A DNA stretch of 64,000 bases, taken from the NCBI GenBank assembly GCA_051874735.1, contig JBJEGD010000040.1, forward strand, positions 26,438 to 90,437, in the 5' to 3' direction. A model generated the notes under the pieces. The model was given only the letters and a program-made list of their open reading frames with translations. It did no database searches and was not told the DNA's origin. The stretch comes from Candidatus Bruticola sp. Lineage in GTDB: Bacteria; Vulcanimicrobiota; Xenobia; Xenobiales; Xenobiaceae. Below, piece after piece: positions 28,223 through 37,581 of the stretch. Made by a program: the position numbers and the translations under genes. Position 1 is the first letter of the stretch, and the number at the start of each line of letters is the position of its first letter.

Positions 28223-28684
28223 ATGAGGCGAACTTTGAGCCGCGATTTTATGGATTTGGTGCGTCATTTTGCCTACCATGAAAAGCAAATCCATGTTTAT
28301 GGTGTGACAGAGCCTCTATACCGCTCGGAAATTCACGTGGTTTGGTTGGTGGGCGTCGAACCAGGTCTTTATGGAATGAAGCTGGCGAAAAAAATCGGAG
28401 TGACTAAAAGTGCAGCTTCGCAAATTCTTTCCAAGTTAGAGAAAAGGGGCATGATTTCTAGCCGCGTAGCTGCCGATAAGCTAACGAAGCGGGAATACGC
28501 TTTAACTGAGGAAGGCTGGAAAGTCTTTGCTTTTCATGAGGAGTTGCACCGCGAGTTTGAGAAACGCTTTAATACTTTTTTTAAAAAATATACTCCTGAG
28601 CAGCGTAAGTTTTTGAAGACGTTTGTGCAAGACCTCAATAACGTTTTGGACATTTGGTTTACTGACGACCTTTATATATTGTAA
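28223..28684 (+). CDS. MarR-family transcriptional regulator
   Basis: 'LYRSEIHVV', HTH 'LAKKIGVTKSAASQILSKLEKRGMI', wing 'LTEEG'. Confidence 0.92.
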   Translation: MRRTLSRDFMDLVRHFAYHEKQIHVYGVTEPLYRSEIHVVWLVGVEPGLYGMKLAKKIGVTKSAASQILSKLEKRGMISSRVAADKLTKREYALTEEGWKVFAFHEELHREFEKRFNTFFKKYTPEQRKFLKTFVQDLNNVLDIWFTDDLYIL

Positions 28685-28940
28685 GAACTAAGAATTGTCA
28701 TTGGCAAGTTAATTTTTGTAATATTTTCTGTCTGCTATAGGCTGTGTTGTTTCTTTTCTAAAATTACCTTAAGAGAAGTCCCGATTTTGTAAGTATTTTA
28801 GCGTTTTTTTAGGAGGAAAAGGCGAGACAATATTTAAGGTTTGCGCTATCATAATGTAAGAAGGTGTGCGAGGGCTTGGCAGCGCTTTAGAGCTTCTTCT
28901 ATTCGGGCCATGCAAAAAAAGGAGAGGAAACTATCGTAAT

Positions 28941-29516
28941 ATGCGTGTTTTAACCAAGCGTTCGAGGTTTTATGCTTTTTCACTGATAGAACTTATGGTA
29001 GTTATATCAGTGGCTTCGCTGCTTATAGCTATTGTAGCGCCAGCCTGGAGTAGCTATAATACCCGTCTAATGGTACTGACTAATGCCAATGAAGTGGCGG
29101 CTGAACTGCGCAATGCTCGTGAAAAAGCTTTCCGCAGTGGATATTTTGTGTATTTTTATTATCAGTATAATAGCTCTAAAAGAAAAACATACTATTCTTA
29201 TTGTAGGACTGCGCGATTAAGTTACATTAATTTATCTAACGGTGTTTTGACCGGTAATGCGGGTTGGGGTGGGAATGCAGTAACTAATTCGTTGCTTTCT
29301 AAGGTTCATGTGCTAGATCGCAGATGCGATTTTTATAGTAGCGCTACTGCTACCTCTGCTCTCTCTAATGCTTACATTAGTTTTGATATTGATGGATCTG
29401 TTTTTGATACGTCTGGTTATGTAAAATCAGGTGACAATTATGTCATATATGTAGGCTCTGGAGGCTACTGTGTGCCAATTACAATTTCTCCTATCGGGCG
29501 AATAACGGTAGGTTAG
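28941..29516 (+). CDS. Type IV minor pilin/pseudopilin (FimT/GspH-like)
   Basis: Class III signal 'KRSRFYA|FSLIELMVVISV', 'ELRNAREKA', 'ISFDIDG', 'ITISPIGRI'. Start moved to ATG 28941. Confidence 0.85.
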   Translation: MRVLTKRSRFYAFSLIELMVVISVASLLIAIVAPAWSSYNTRLMVLTNANEVAAELRNAREKAFRSGYFVYFYYQYNSSKRKTYYSYCRTARLSYINLSNGVLTGNAGWGGNAVTNSLLSKVHVLDRRCDFYSSATATSALSNAYISFDIDGSVFDTSGYVKSGDNYVIYVGSGGYCVPITISPIGRITVG

Positions 29517-29518
29517 GT

Positions 29519-30394
29519 ATGAACAAGAACATCAATTTTGTTGCACAGAAGAAAAAACGGGGAGTGGCCCTTATTTCGGCCCTTTTCGTCTTAGTTATTA
29601 TGGCTACTATTTGCGGCGGCTTTGTTTCTATTATGGCCCAAAATAGCAACGCTTCACGCCGGGCCGCTGAAGATAGTATTCTGCTCTATACGGCTGAAGC
29701 TGGCTTAGAATATGCGAAGTGGTGCGTTAAGCACAACCTAACTTATTACCCGGTGCGCGACCTTTACACTGCCTCTTCTTCCACCGTACCCAAAATAAAG
29801 GCTGGTGGCCTTTATAACTTTTGGGGATCGAGTGCCTATTTCGCTTACCCTGGAGCCGACATTTCCTCTTCTAATTTGGCTTCAATAGATTATCTGACTC
29901 GTCGCTATGAATATCTTTATTGGACTGATTTAAGTTTTGACAACTCTAATCAGAGTGGTCGCAAAAATGTTTTCGATGTGAACGGGGAAACCCGCTTTCT
30001 TACTACCTTCCAAATTACAGCAGGTGTAATTTGGGATAATGCCAAAACCAGCTCAACTTATAATAATACTTCTACTGTCAACTATGTCAGGGCTGTGGGC
30101 AGTTCCAGTCAGAGAGGGTTCCCTGTAGAATTAGTTTCTACAGCTAGGCTCTGGAGTCTGAAGGACAACGGTCAGCTTTATAACGCCTTTAATAATCAGA
30201 ATAGCGCCAATCAGCTTACATTAGTAGAAACTTCCAAACTTATCGAAGATATGGGAGCAGTTCAGGAGGCCACGCGCACTTTGCACTGTACTTTCATGCA
30301 TGCGGTCAACGCCGATCAGTACAAGAACAGCTACCCAAAACAAGATTATTACGATGTAAAAATGTTTAAAGATTACAGGGATTATGCACGATGA
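29519..30394 (+). CDS. Type IV minor pilin (PilX/GspK-like)
   Basis: 'KKKRG|VALISALFVLVIM' lacking Glu5, then 'YTAEAGLEYA', both typical of the PilX N-terminus. Confidence 0.85.
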   Translation: MNKNINFVAQKKKRGVALISALFVLVIMATICGGFVSIMAQNSNASRRAAEDSILLYTAEAGLEYAKWCVKHNLTYYPVRDLYTASSSTVPKIKAGGLYNFWGSSAYFAYPGADISSSNLASIDYLTRRYEYLYWTDLSFDNSNQSGRKNVFDVNGETRFLTTFQITAGVIWDNAKTSSTYNNTSTVNYVRAVGSSSQRGFPVELVSTARLWSLKDNGQLYNAFNNQNSANQLTLVETSKLIEDMGAVQEATRTLHCTFMHAVNADQYKNSYPKQDYYDVKMFKDYRDYAR

Positions 30395-31833
30395 GTTGGA
30401 TAAGCGTAAACAGGCGTCAGCGCGGCGTCACTCTCATAGAAATATTGGTGGCCGTAGCTGTTCTGGCTGTCGGCTTCGGCGCCGTCTTTCAGGTGTTCCC
30501 TTTGGGATACGCAGCGGCAGCTAAAGGTAAAAATCTCAATATAGCTTATGAGCTAGCTTCGCGCCGTTTGGAAGAGGCTCGCGGTTATGTGCTTTTTGGC
30601 GGTAATCCCAATAACGGCAATGCGCTATCTTCCTTCTCCTATTGGGGCAGCGGAGCGCCAGCTCCTGATGGTACTACTTATAAAGCTGTCAGCACTAACG
30701 GACAGTTTGTGGCTTTCAGTACTTCTACCGCTCCGGAGAATAAGTTCTTCTACAAAATAGACTGTCTGCCGGTAGTGGACAACCGTCGCCTTTATTTGGA
30801 GTTCCCGGCTAGACGCACTGGCGTAAAATCGCCTATCCACTATAACGGCAGCTACGCTCCAGCCACAGAGGTAGCTGACACCGCTAACTCAGGGTTCGCC
30901 TCTATGTTCCGTTTAACTGTCACTGTGCGCGGTCCGCTTCCTCAGGTCGAGTTGGCTGCCGATGATGAGTTCAGTAATTACAGCGAGGGTGCTGTAGAAG
31001 CCATACTTTCGACCATGGTGACCAACGAAAACTTAGGCGACGCTTTGTTGGCCAGTAACATGACTTTGCGCAATACTACTTATGGCACCGTGGGCGACGA
31101 CCCCACTGGAGGTCTTACTGGCGTTACCGCTTACAAGGGAATGCCTAGGCGCGGCCCGAGTGTGGCTAATTTAAATAAAGTGCTCATCAAAGGATTTACC
31201 CAGACCAATCCTCATCCTGAAAATTTTACAGTGCTCAATGTCGCCAACTTGACGCCTACCGAATTAGCCGATACTGGACCCAGTATCTTAGACAGCAACG
31301 GAGCTGCTTCTGTGGCGCGCCGCCGTTTTGCTAACGATGCTTATTACGATCCTAGCTATGGCAAATACAATCCTTACTACCAAGATAAGACTGGCAGCCA
31401 GTTTACAGCTCAGGAGCTTATTGAGACTAATATTCTTGGTTTAGATAACGTTATGATTTACTCGCCGTCTTTGGCTGTAGGCGGATCTACCTATAAGCAC
31501 AGTGCTTGTTCCTGGACCGGTGGCGGCTGGATTGCCGAAAGTAACAAGATTCATCGTTTACTACCCCCCGGAGCTGGCGGTAATCCCAGCAGCAGTTACT
31601 GGTGTTTAGAATTGGTTAACGATTTGATCGGCCGCGACGGCGATTCTCCCAGTAAAGCTGGAGCTGCTTTAATGGATATGAAGTTTGATGGCGATATTTA
31701 TCTGGGTAGCAGTAACGTGGTCGGCTATACGGCTGGCAGCTGCGATTCCAGCGGCAATGTGTTCGGTACGAGAGTGCGTACTCTGGTTCGCATCGAGGCC
31801 GGTAAAAATTACAATAACGTTTTACAGTATTAG
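30391..31833 (+). CDS. Large type IV minor pilin (PilV/GspI-like) with extended C-terminal domain
   Basis: 'RRQRG|VTLIEILVAVAVL', 'AYELASRRLEE'; 480 aa; overlaps the upstream stop (ATGA). Confidence 0.85.
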   Translation: MSWISVNRRQRGVTLIEILVAVAVLAVGFGAVFQVFPLGYAAAAKGKNLNIAYELASRRLEEARGYVLFGGNPNNGNALSSFSYWGSGAPAPDGTTYKAVSTNGQFVAFSTSTAPENKFFYKIDCLPVVDNRRLYLEFPARRTGVKSPIHYNGSYAPATEVADTANSGFASMFRLTVTVRGPLPQVELAADDEFSNYSEGAVEAILSTMVTNENLGDALLASNMTLRNTTYGTVGDDPTGGLTGVTAYKGMPRRGPSVANLNKVLIKGFTQTNPHPENFTVLNVANLTPTELADTGPSILDSNGAASVARRRFANDAYYDPSYGKYNPYYQDKTGSQFTAQELIETNILGLDNVMIYSPSLAVGGSTYKHSACSWTGGGWIAESNKIHRLLPPGAGGNPSSSYWCLELVNDLIGRDGDSPSKAGAALMDMKFDGDIYLGSSNVVGYTAGSCDSSGNVFGTRVRTLVRIEAGKNYNNVLQY

Positions 31834-31862
31834 TTAAGGGCGTAACTGCAGGGAGGCACACA

Positions 31863-32603
31863 ATGAATATGAGGTTTTACGGTTTTAGGTCTGGCCTGTT
31901 GAAGCGGCGCGGCTTTACTTTGGTAGAGCTGCTCATATCTATAGCCATGTTTTCGCTCTTTACTTTAACTATTACTCAGTTGCTGATGGGCGGTATCGAT
32001 TCTTTTAAGCGCGGTCAGGTAATTACAACCTTAAAGAATGATGTAAAAACCTGCTTGACTCAAATTGAAGCCGATTTGCGTTATGCCAACAGTCGGTCTT
32101 CTTTTACCGATCCGGTTTATACTTCTGGAAATCAGTCTTTGGTTATGTCCTTTTATCGTTTTTATGCCAGAGATACAGACTGGACGGTTGATGGCTCAAC
32201 TTCCACTTATAAAGTAGATTATGCTATAGAACAAGAGGGTGATACTTATGTGCTCAATTATTCTAAAAGGAGCGGTACTAAGTATAAAATGCTTGACGAT
32301 GTTATGTTAAGTACGGTGCCTGGCCAAGCTGGTACTTCTGGCAATTACAACAGTTATTTCCAGTGGGGACGCGTTAGCTACGGAAGCAACATTAACACCG
32401 TTCCCGAAGATGTAATGAACATACGTTTGACTAGTGGCCGCTATTTAGGCAAAGAAATTTTAACTATGACTATGTCTAGTGCGGTAGCTGTTCGTACTCC
32501 TGTAGAGTGTTCTAATATGAAAGCTAGCGGTGGTATTCGCACCCAGGCTGTGGAGCTTTTGCCTTTTGAGGTTAATCTGCGTTCCGGCTCTTTATCATTC
32601 TAA
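31863..32603 (+). CDS. Type IV minor pilin (PilW/GspJ-like)
   Basis: 'KRRG|FTLVELLISIAMF', 'IEADLRYA'; GGGAGG RBS. Confidence 0.87.
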   Translation: MNMRFYGFRSGLLKRRGFTLVELLISIAMFSLFTLTITQLLMGGIDSFKRGQVITTLKNDVKTCLTQIEADLRYANSRSSFTDPVYTSGNQSLVMSFYRFYARDTDWTVDGSTSTYKVDYAIEQEGDTYVLNYSKRSGTKYKMLDDVMLSTVPGQAGTSGNYNSYFQWGRVSYGSNINTVPEDVMNIRLTSGRYLGKEILTMTMSSAVAVRTPVECSNMKASGGIRTQAVELLPFEVNLRSGSLSF

Positions 32604-32611
32604 TAATAAAT

Positions 32612-32651
32612 AAAAAAAAGAGCCTGCCAAAGCGGCAGGCTCTTTTTTTTT
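32612..32651. terminator. Bidirectional intrinsic terminator
   Basis: A8-GAGCCTGCC-AAAGC-GGCAGGCTC-T9 between the convergent pilin and metal-ABC operons. Confidence 0.9.
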
Positions 32652-32657
32652 GAGGAC

Positions 32658-33458
32658 TCAGACTTGCCGCCAGCGTTTAATGAGCATGGATATTACTAAG
32701 AACAGGCAGGCAACAGCTGTAATAGAAGCACTAGTAGGTAAATCATAACGTACGGACAAGCCCACACCTAAAAAAACTGAGGCTAAAGCAGAAAGCAGGG
32801 AGGCTATGCAAACCCATCTCCAGCGGCAGCTCAAACATAATCCGGTCAGCGGAGGTACTATCAGCATAGCAAATACTAGCAAAGCACCGGCACTGTGTAT
32901 AGCGACAGCTATAGCTAATCCTACCGTAAAGTAGAAGAGCCAATTCCAAAATTTTACGTTGTACCCTAAAGCCTGAGCCATCATAGGATCAAACGAAGCC
33001 AATATAAACTGTTTGCAAAATATGAGGCTCATAGCTGCAATAAAGACTAGCGCGCCAATCATAAGATAAATATCCGTTGAGGTGACGGCTAAAACATTGC
33101 CGAAGAGCAAACTTAGCATATCGCTGTCGGCGTGGGGAGATAAGGCAATAAACAGAACGGCCGCCGCTCCAGCTGCTACGTAAGCGCTGCCTATGAGCCC
33201 TTCTGAAGGAAGTCCGCGTCGATGATCCTTAGCGAAGAAAGTTACTCCTCCCAGCATAAGAATGATGGCTCCTAAACTGCAGGGGAGGTGGAGCCAACCG
33301 CTCATAGCGATGCCGGCTGTTGCTAGTTGAGCTAGGGCTACTCCTACAAAGGTAATACGGCGCAGTACGATCAGCACTCCCAAGTAGGCAGTCATTAAAG
33401 CAGTCAGGGAAGCCGAAAGCAAAGCTAAAGAAGTAAAATCTAAATTATCAATAGACAT
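32658..33458 (-). CDS. Zn/Mn-type ABC transporter permease (ZnuB-like)
   Basis: 'LGVLIVLRR..FVGVALAQ', 'LLFGNVLAV', 'SFDPMMAQALG', 'GALLVFAMLIVP', 'DLPTS'. Confidence 0.92.
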   Translation of the reverse strand: MSIDNLDFTSLALLSASLTALMTAYLGVLIVLRRITFVGVALAQLATAGIAMSGWLHLPCSLGAIILMLGGVTFFAKDHRRGLPSEGLIGSAYVAAGAAAVLFIALSPHADSDMLSLLFGNVLAVTSTDIYLMIGALVFIAAMSLIFCKQFILASFDPMMAQALGYNVKFWNWLFYFTVGLAIAVAIHSAGALLVFAMLIVPPLTGLCLSCRWRWVCIASLLSALASVFLGVGLSVRYDLPTSASITAVACLFLVISMLIKRWRQV

Positions 33459-33499
33459 ATTCTCTCTCAGAAAAAATAAACGGAAGCCTATTTGCGGTA

Positions 33500-34246
33500 T
33501 TATTTATTCCACCGAATGGGACGTCCAAACAGTTTGCTTAAATATTGAGAAGTAAATATCTCTTTAGGTTCGCCCCAGCTTATAGTGCGGCGGCCATTTT
33601 TATCAGAGTGAAAAATGCCGACAATTTGCGCATGTTCGGCCACAATTTCTAACATGTGGGTGACTATGACAACTGTCATACCCTGCTTGTGCAGTTGGGA
33701 GACTATTTCCAGAGTATCTTGGCTAGCTCCTAAATCCATGCCGTTAGTTGGTTCATCTAAAAGTAGGACTTGTGGTTTCGACACTAGAGCTCTGGCCATA
33801 AGTACTCTTTGCAGCTGCCCTCCAGAGAGAGCGCTGATATGAGAATCAGACCAAGCTTCTAAATTTACCTGCTCTAAAGCTTGCTTGACAGCTTGCCGAT
33901 CAGTCGAAGATGGCCAAAATCTGTTTCCCATTTGGGCGTAGCGTCCCATAAGTACAGTGTCAAAAACGGAAAGTGGAAAAGAAGTTTCTAAAGTTTGGTG
34001 TTGAGGCATATAGCCGAGTCCATGCATACGGTGCTGCTCCTGACCTGAAGAGTCAAAAAATTTGATATGACCGCTTATAGGTTTAAGAGCCCCTACTAGA
34101 CCTTTTAAAAGAGTAGATTTGCCGACGCCATTAGAGCCAACTAAGCCGATGTATTTGCCTCTTTCAAGAGAAAAATTTAGCCCTTCTAGTATGGGATAGC
34201 CCCCGTAGCCCAAACTGACTTGGCTGAATTCTGCAAACATAGCCAT
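33500..34246 (-). CDS. Zn/Mn-type ABC transporter ATPase (ZnuC-like)
   Basis: GSNGVGKST, 'GYMPQ', 'VLMGRY', LSGGQLQR, 'LLDEP', 'VTH'. Confidence 0.93.
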   Translation of the reverse strand: MAMFAEFSQVSLGYGGYPILEGLNFSLERGKYIGLVGSNGVGKSTLLKGLVGALKPISGHIKFFDSSGQEQHRMHGLGYMPQHQTLETSFPLSVFDTVLMGRYAQMGNRFWPSSTDRQAVKQALEQVNLEAWSDSHISALSGGQLQRVLMARALVSKPQVLLLDEPTNGMDLGASQDTLEIVSQLHKQGMTVVIVTHMLEIVAEHAQIVGIFHSDKNGRRTISWGEPKEIFTSQYLSKLFGRPIRWNK

Positions 34247-34247
34247 T

Positions 34248-35174
34248 TTATTTCAAAGCCTTAACTAACTGATTAACGTTGTATTCCATCATTTCTAAAT
34301 AAGTAGAAGTATTAGGTAAACTTCCGGGCTGGATGGGCAATTTTAAAGTGGTGGCTCCCGATTTTTGAGCCACAGAGTTGGGCAAATTCTCAGGATACCA
34401 AGGTTCAAAAACTACCACCTTAACTTTAGAATTTTTCATCAGCTCTACAAGTTCGTTGAGTTGGCGGCTAGAAGGAGAGACGCCTGGTTTAGGCTCAATA
34501 TTGCCGCATACTTTTAAACCGAAATGGGCGGCGAAATAGCTCCAAGTGCTGTGATAAGTGACGATATTGCTGCCTGCATAAGGCTGTAATAAAGCTTTCC
34601 AACGTTTATCGGCCTGATCGATTTTATGCCAGTAGGCGCTGTAATTTTTATCATAAATAGCTGAGCCTTCCGGATCGATACGTTTAAAAAAGGCGGTCAT
34701 AGTTCTGGCCACATGTTTTACATTAGTAGGATTGAGAGTATAATGCGGATTTCCGTCAGGGTGAGCATCGCCACGGGAACGATCGACTTTGCCGCTAGGC
34801 TTATCCATAACTTTAATGCCTGAGCTGGCTTCTAAAAAGTTAGGTTGTCCGGGCATAATTTTGGGATTGCGAGCGCTGCGCAGCAGACTGGGAGCCCAAC
34901 CTATTTCCAAGGATAATCCCGTTTCGATGAAAGCATCAGCTTGCTGTAAGGTACGCAGATAGCTAGGTTTTGTTTCCACAAAGTGAGGATCTTGGCCGCC
35001 TTTGGCAATACAGGTAACTTTTACACGGGATCCGCCTATCTGGCTGGCTATATCGGCTAAATCGGGCGTAGTGACAGCCACATTCAAAGTTTTATCGGCG
35101 CATACTGGCTGAGAAAAACAAAAAGCCAGACACCAAACTGTCAGAAGAACGCACCAAAAAGAAGTTTTAGACAT
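34248..35174 (-). CDS. Metal ABC substrate-binding protein (ZnuA/cluster A-I)
   Basis: Signal peptide; 'QDPHF', 'GDAHPDGNPHY', 'TYH', 'IEPKPGVSPS'. Confidence 0.92.
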   Translation of the reverse strand: MSKTSFWCVLLTVWCLAFCFSQPVCADKTLNVAVTTPDLADIASQIGGSRVKVTCIAKGGQDPHFVETKPSYLRTLQQADAFIETGLSLEIGWAPSLLRSARNPKIMPGQPNFLEASSGIKVMDKPSGKVDRSRGDAHPDGNPHYTLNPTNVKHVARTMTAFFKRIDPEGSAIYDKNYSAYWHKIDQADKRWKALLQPYAGSNIVTYHSTWSYFAAHFGLKVCGNIEPKPGVSPSSRQLNELVELMKNSKVKVVVFEPWYPENLPNSVAQKSGATTLKLPIQPGSLPNTSTYLEMMEYNVNQLVKALK

Positions 35175-35207
35175 AAAAAATACTCCTTTATTTAGGCAAG
35201 ATTAAAT

Positions 35208-36893
35208 TTAATATTTATGGGCTCCATGAGGGCCAATTACTACATTCCACTGCAGTAGCAGTTCGTTATAGCTAGGCTGCCAACTGGGAGAAGTTCGGTT
35301 GTATTGCAGTTTTATGGAATTCCATTCGTTGGCGATATACTCTGCAAAGGTAGAGAAGCGCTTAGTTTTGCCGTCTTCAACTAAAGGAGACTCAGCTTCT
35401 TCATAGCGAGCTCCTAAGCGGAAATTTTTATTGCAACGGTACGCTAAATAGGTGTACCAGCCACTCAAATTTTTGTCTTTGAGCATAGAATGGTGCTCAT
35501 GCTCTTCCATTTCTTCAATTTCTTCAGTTCGGTTAGTTTGGTAGGACTGATGAGCCTGCATGTATTCGCTGCGCCAAATGAATTCGCGGTAAGGATCAGC
35601 AGTAGGGCTCCATTTTAGAGTTAAGTCGGCACCGTTAATAGAAGAAGAGCGTATATGCTCGCTGTCTATAGAAGAACTGGCGTGAGAAAGTCCTAAAGTT
35701 AAAGTAGTATCGTCATTAAGCTCAGCCATATTTTCCCAGCGGGCGCTGAACATCGGATTGTGTTTGCCCTCGTTGGGAAACAGTGCAAATTCTTCTTCAG
35801 CCTCTTCGCCGTTGTGGGAATGGCCTTCGATGCGGCTAGTGACTGAGGTGGAAATTTTCGAATACCATGGAGTGGGCAACAGCCAAGATAACTCTACACC
35901 TGGAGTGGATAGTCCCTCTTCGCCTAAAAATTCAGTATAGGGTAGAGGGCGATCTATTTGAGGTAGAGCGTGAGTATGCGTAGAATTTAAAGCTCCAAAT
36001 TCTGTGCGCATTTGGCCAGCGCGTAGTTGTAAACCGCCGCTTAGCCCCATATATTGTATGAAAGCTTCCTCTAATTCCGGACTTTCATTTTGATGGGCGG
36101 CAAAAGTTGCTTCTAAACGGGTAGACGGATCGACTGGGGCTGAAAGCTGCAGTTCAGCTTCCTGAATGAAGAAGCTGTTTTTTGTTGAGCTGTCTTCCTG
36201 GCCGCCTAGTTGGCCTCCGCCTAGCAAAACTAACGAAATGTTAGGATTCATATCTGGCTGTTGGCCGCTGGCCTGAGCAGTGGCCTCTTGGGGGGCCTCA
36301 GAGGCTGAAGGGGGTTCCGGCCCCAAATCTTCAGTTTCACCGTCGTCTGGATTGGCTTGGGCTTCCAACTCGTTAAGCTTCTTAGAGCTATTTAAAGAGT
36401 TATTTTCATTTGGTGAGGACTCCGCTAGAGCTGCTTCCTTTTCCCGATCTAGCTTATCCGTGGGAGCGTCAGCTAGATTTGGGGTTTGCTTGGGCTCCTC
36501 CATTGAGGCGGCAGCTGCTGTTCTCTCTGAAAAACTGCCCTCACCTTGGGTAGCTGCTGTCTGGAACTGACCGCGCCTCATTTCCTCAATCTGAGAGCGC
36601 ATTTCGTCTATTTGAACTTGCTGTTTTTCGATTAATTTGGCTTGATCTTCGAGTAGGCGCTGCTGTTTTTGAAAAAGTTGCTGCAGTTCATCGAGTGAAT
36701 GAGTAGAAGGCTGAGCTGCAGGGGTGGAATTATTTAAGCTTTTAGTATTGTCAGCTGTATTATTTAACGAGGCAGAAGGGCTGCTAAGGTCTGTGGAATC
36801 GACAGTTTCAGCTTGAGCTGAAAGCGATAAAGGACCAGCTAGAGCAGCACCAAGCAGACCAATACCCAGAAGGTGTAGGTGTAGCTTCGGCAA
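35208..36893 (-). CDS. Outer-membrane beta-barrel, porin-like, with coiled-coil N-terminus and His-rich loops (putative metal uptake channel)
   Basis: Signal peptide, coiled coil, acidic linker, then 'MNPNISL', 'EAELQLSAPVDP', 'LEEAF', 'FGALNSTHTH', C-terminal 'IGPHGAHKY'. Confidence 0.8.
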   Translation of the reverse strand: MPKLHLHLLGIGLLGAALAGPLSLSAQAETVDSTDLSSPSASLNNTADNTKSLNNSTPAAQPSTHSLDELQQLFQKQQRLLEDQAKLIEKQQVQIDEMRSQIEEMRRGQFQTAATQGEGSFSERTAAAASMEEPKQTPNLADAPTDKLDREKEAALAESSPNENNSLNSSKKLNELEAQANPDDGETEDLGPEPPSASEAPQEATAQASGQQPDMNPNISLVLLGGGQLGGQEDSSTKNSFFIQEAELQLSAPVDPSTRLEATFAAHQNESPELEEAFIQYMGLSGGLQLRAGQMRTEFGALNSTHTHALPQIDRPLPYTEFLGEEGLSTPGVELSWLLPTPWYSKISTSVTSRIEGHSHNGEEAEEEFALFPNEGKHNPMFSARWENMAELNDDTTLTLGLSHASSSIDSEHIRSSSINGADLTLKWSPTADPYREFIWRSEYMQAHQSYQTNRTEEIEEMEEHEHHSMLKDKNLSGWYTYLAYRCNKNFRLGARYEEAESPLVEDGKTKRFSTFAEYIANEWNSIKLQYNRTSPSWQPSYNELLLQWNVVIGPHGAHKY

Positions 36894-36898
36894 TTTTA

Positions 36899-36960
36899 TT
36901 CTCCAATTCGGCTTAAAAAATATATATTGATGTAGTTAAATGGCAGAGCCGAGAGGAGAA
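36899..36960 (-). promoter_or_regulatory. SD-sequestering hairpin covering the porin RBS
   Basis: On the minus strand TTCTCC-TC-TCGGCT (36960-36947) pairs with AGCCGA-ATT-GGAGAA (36913-36899). The GGAG lies 7 nt before the porin TTG. Confidence 0.7.
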
Positions 36961-37361
36961 GGAGGTGAGCGGCCCGTTTTAGATATGAAGTCTAGACGGT
37001 CGCAAAGGCAACTGTAATATTCCAACTGTTCTGGCAGCGGACAACAATAGGGTAAGAACAGAAAGCTGCGGTATCCTTGACCTAGTTGGATAATAATTTG
37101 GCAAGCGGAACAGTCGTCTTCTTGAATTCCAGAAGTGTTTTCCAAGTGAAGGGCACGATTAGAGCAACTGCAAAAGTCCGCCTGATCGAAGAATTCGATT
37201 TGACAGAAACGGGCTGCCTCACAAGGAAAAATTCGGCTGCTGTGAGGGTGCAACCAAAGCATACCTTGAGCTGGTACAAAGAAAAAAAGCAGCCATAAGC
37301 AGATCAGCCCTAAAGAACCGAACTTACTTAGGTCGTTATTTTTATCTTTAGCTCGCAGCAT
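36936..37361 (-). CDS. DUF2946-like leader protein (CxxC plus C-terminal RSPP arrest-like motif)
   Basis: Hydrophobic signal-like segment, 'HPH', 'DDCSACQ', 'TGRSPP'; first gene of the metal uptake operon. Confidence 0.72.
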   Translation of the reverse strand: MLRAKDKNNDLSKFGSLGLICLWLLFFFVPAQGMLWLHPHSSRIFPCEAARFCQIEFFDQADFCSCSNRALHLENTSGIQEDDCSACQIIIQLGQGYRSFLFLPYCCPLPEQLEYYSCLCDRLDFISKTGRSPPSPLGSAI

Positions 37362-37407
37362 ATGGAGTAAGTATTGAAATAAGGGTAAATAACTTTAAGA
37401 TCAACTC

Positions 37408-37436
37408 ATTATAAACCCGCTTTCTTTATTAGTCAA
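37408..37436 (-). promoter_or_regulatory. Near-consensus sigma70 promoter of the metal uptake operon
   Basis: Minus strand TTGACT (37436-37431), 17 nt, TATAAT (37413-37408). Confidence 0.8.
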
Positions 37437-37581
37437 TGATAATGAAAAATCATCAGCACTAACCTGTAGTACCATTTTTAGAAGTTTTAATTTAATTTAA
37501 TACACAATATATTAAAAATTTTATGCAAAAAAGTATCTTTTTCTGTAGGGTAAAAGCCTTTAAATATTAAATAATAGGCTT

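Noticed and set aside
28223-28684. MarR as dedicated regulator of the HxN locus
   Set aside because: Adjacency only; I found no convincing palindromic operator upstream of the precursors.
12129-32603. A unified competence island (nuclease, comM, pilins)
   Set aside because: The genes are scattered among unrelated housekeeping genes, and no comEA, comEC or dprA is present in the window.
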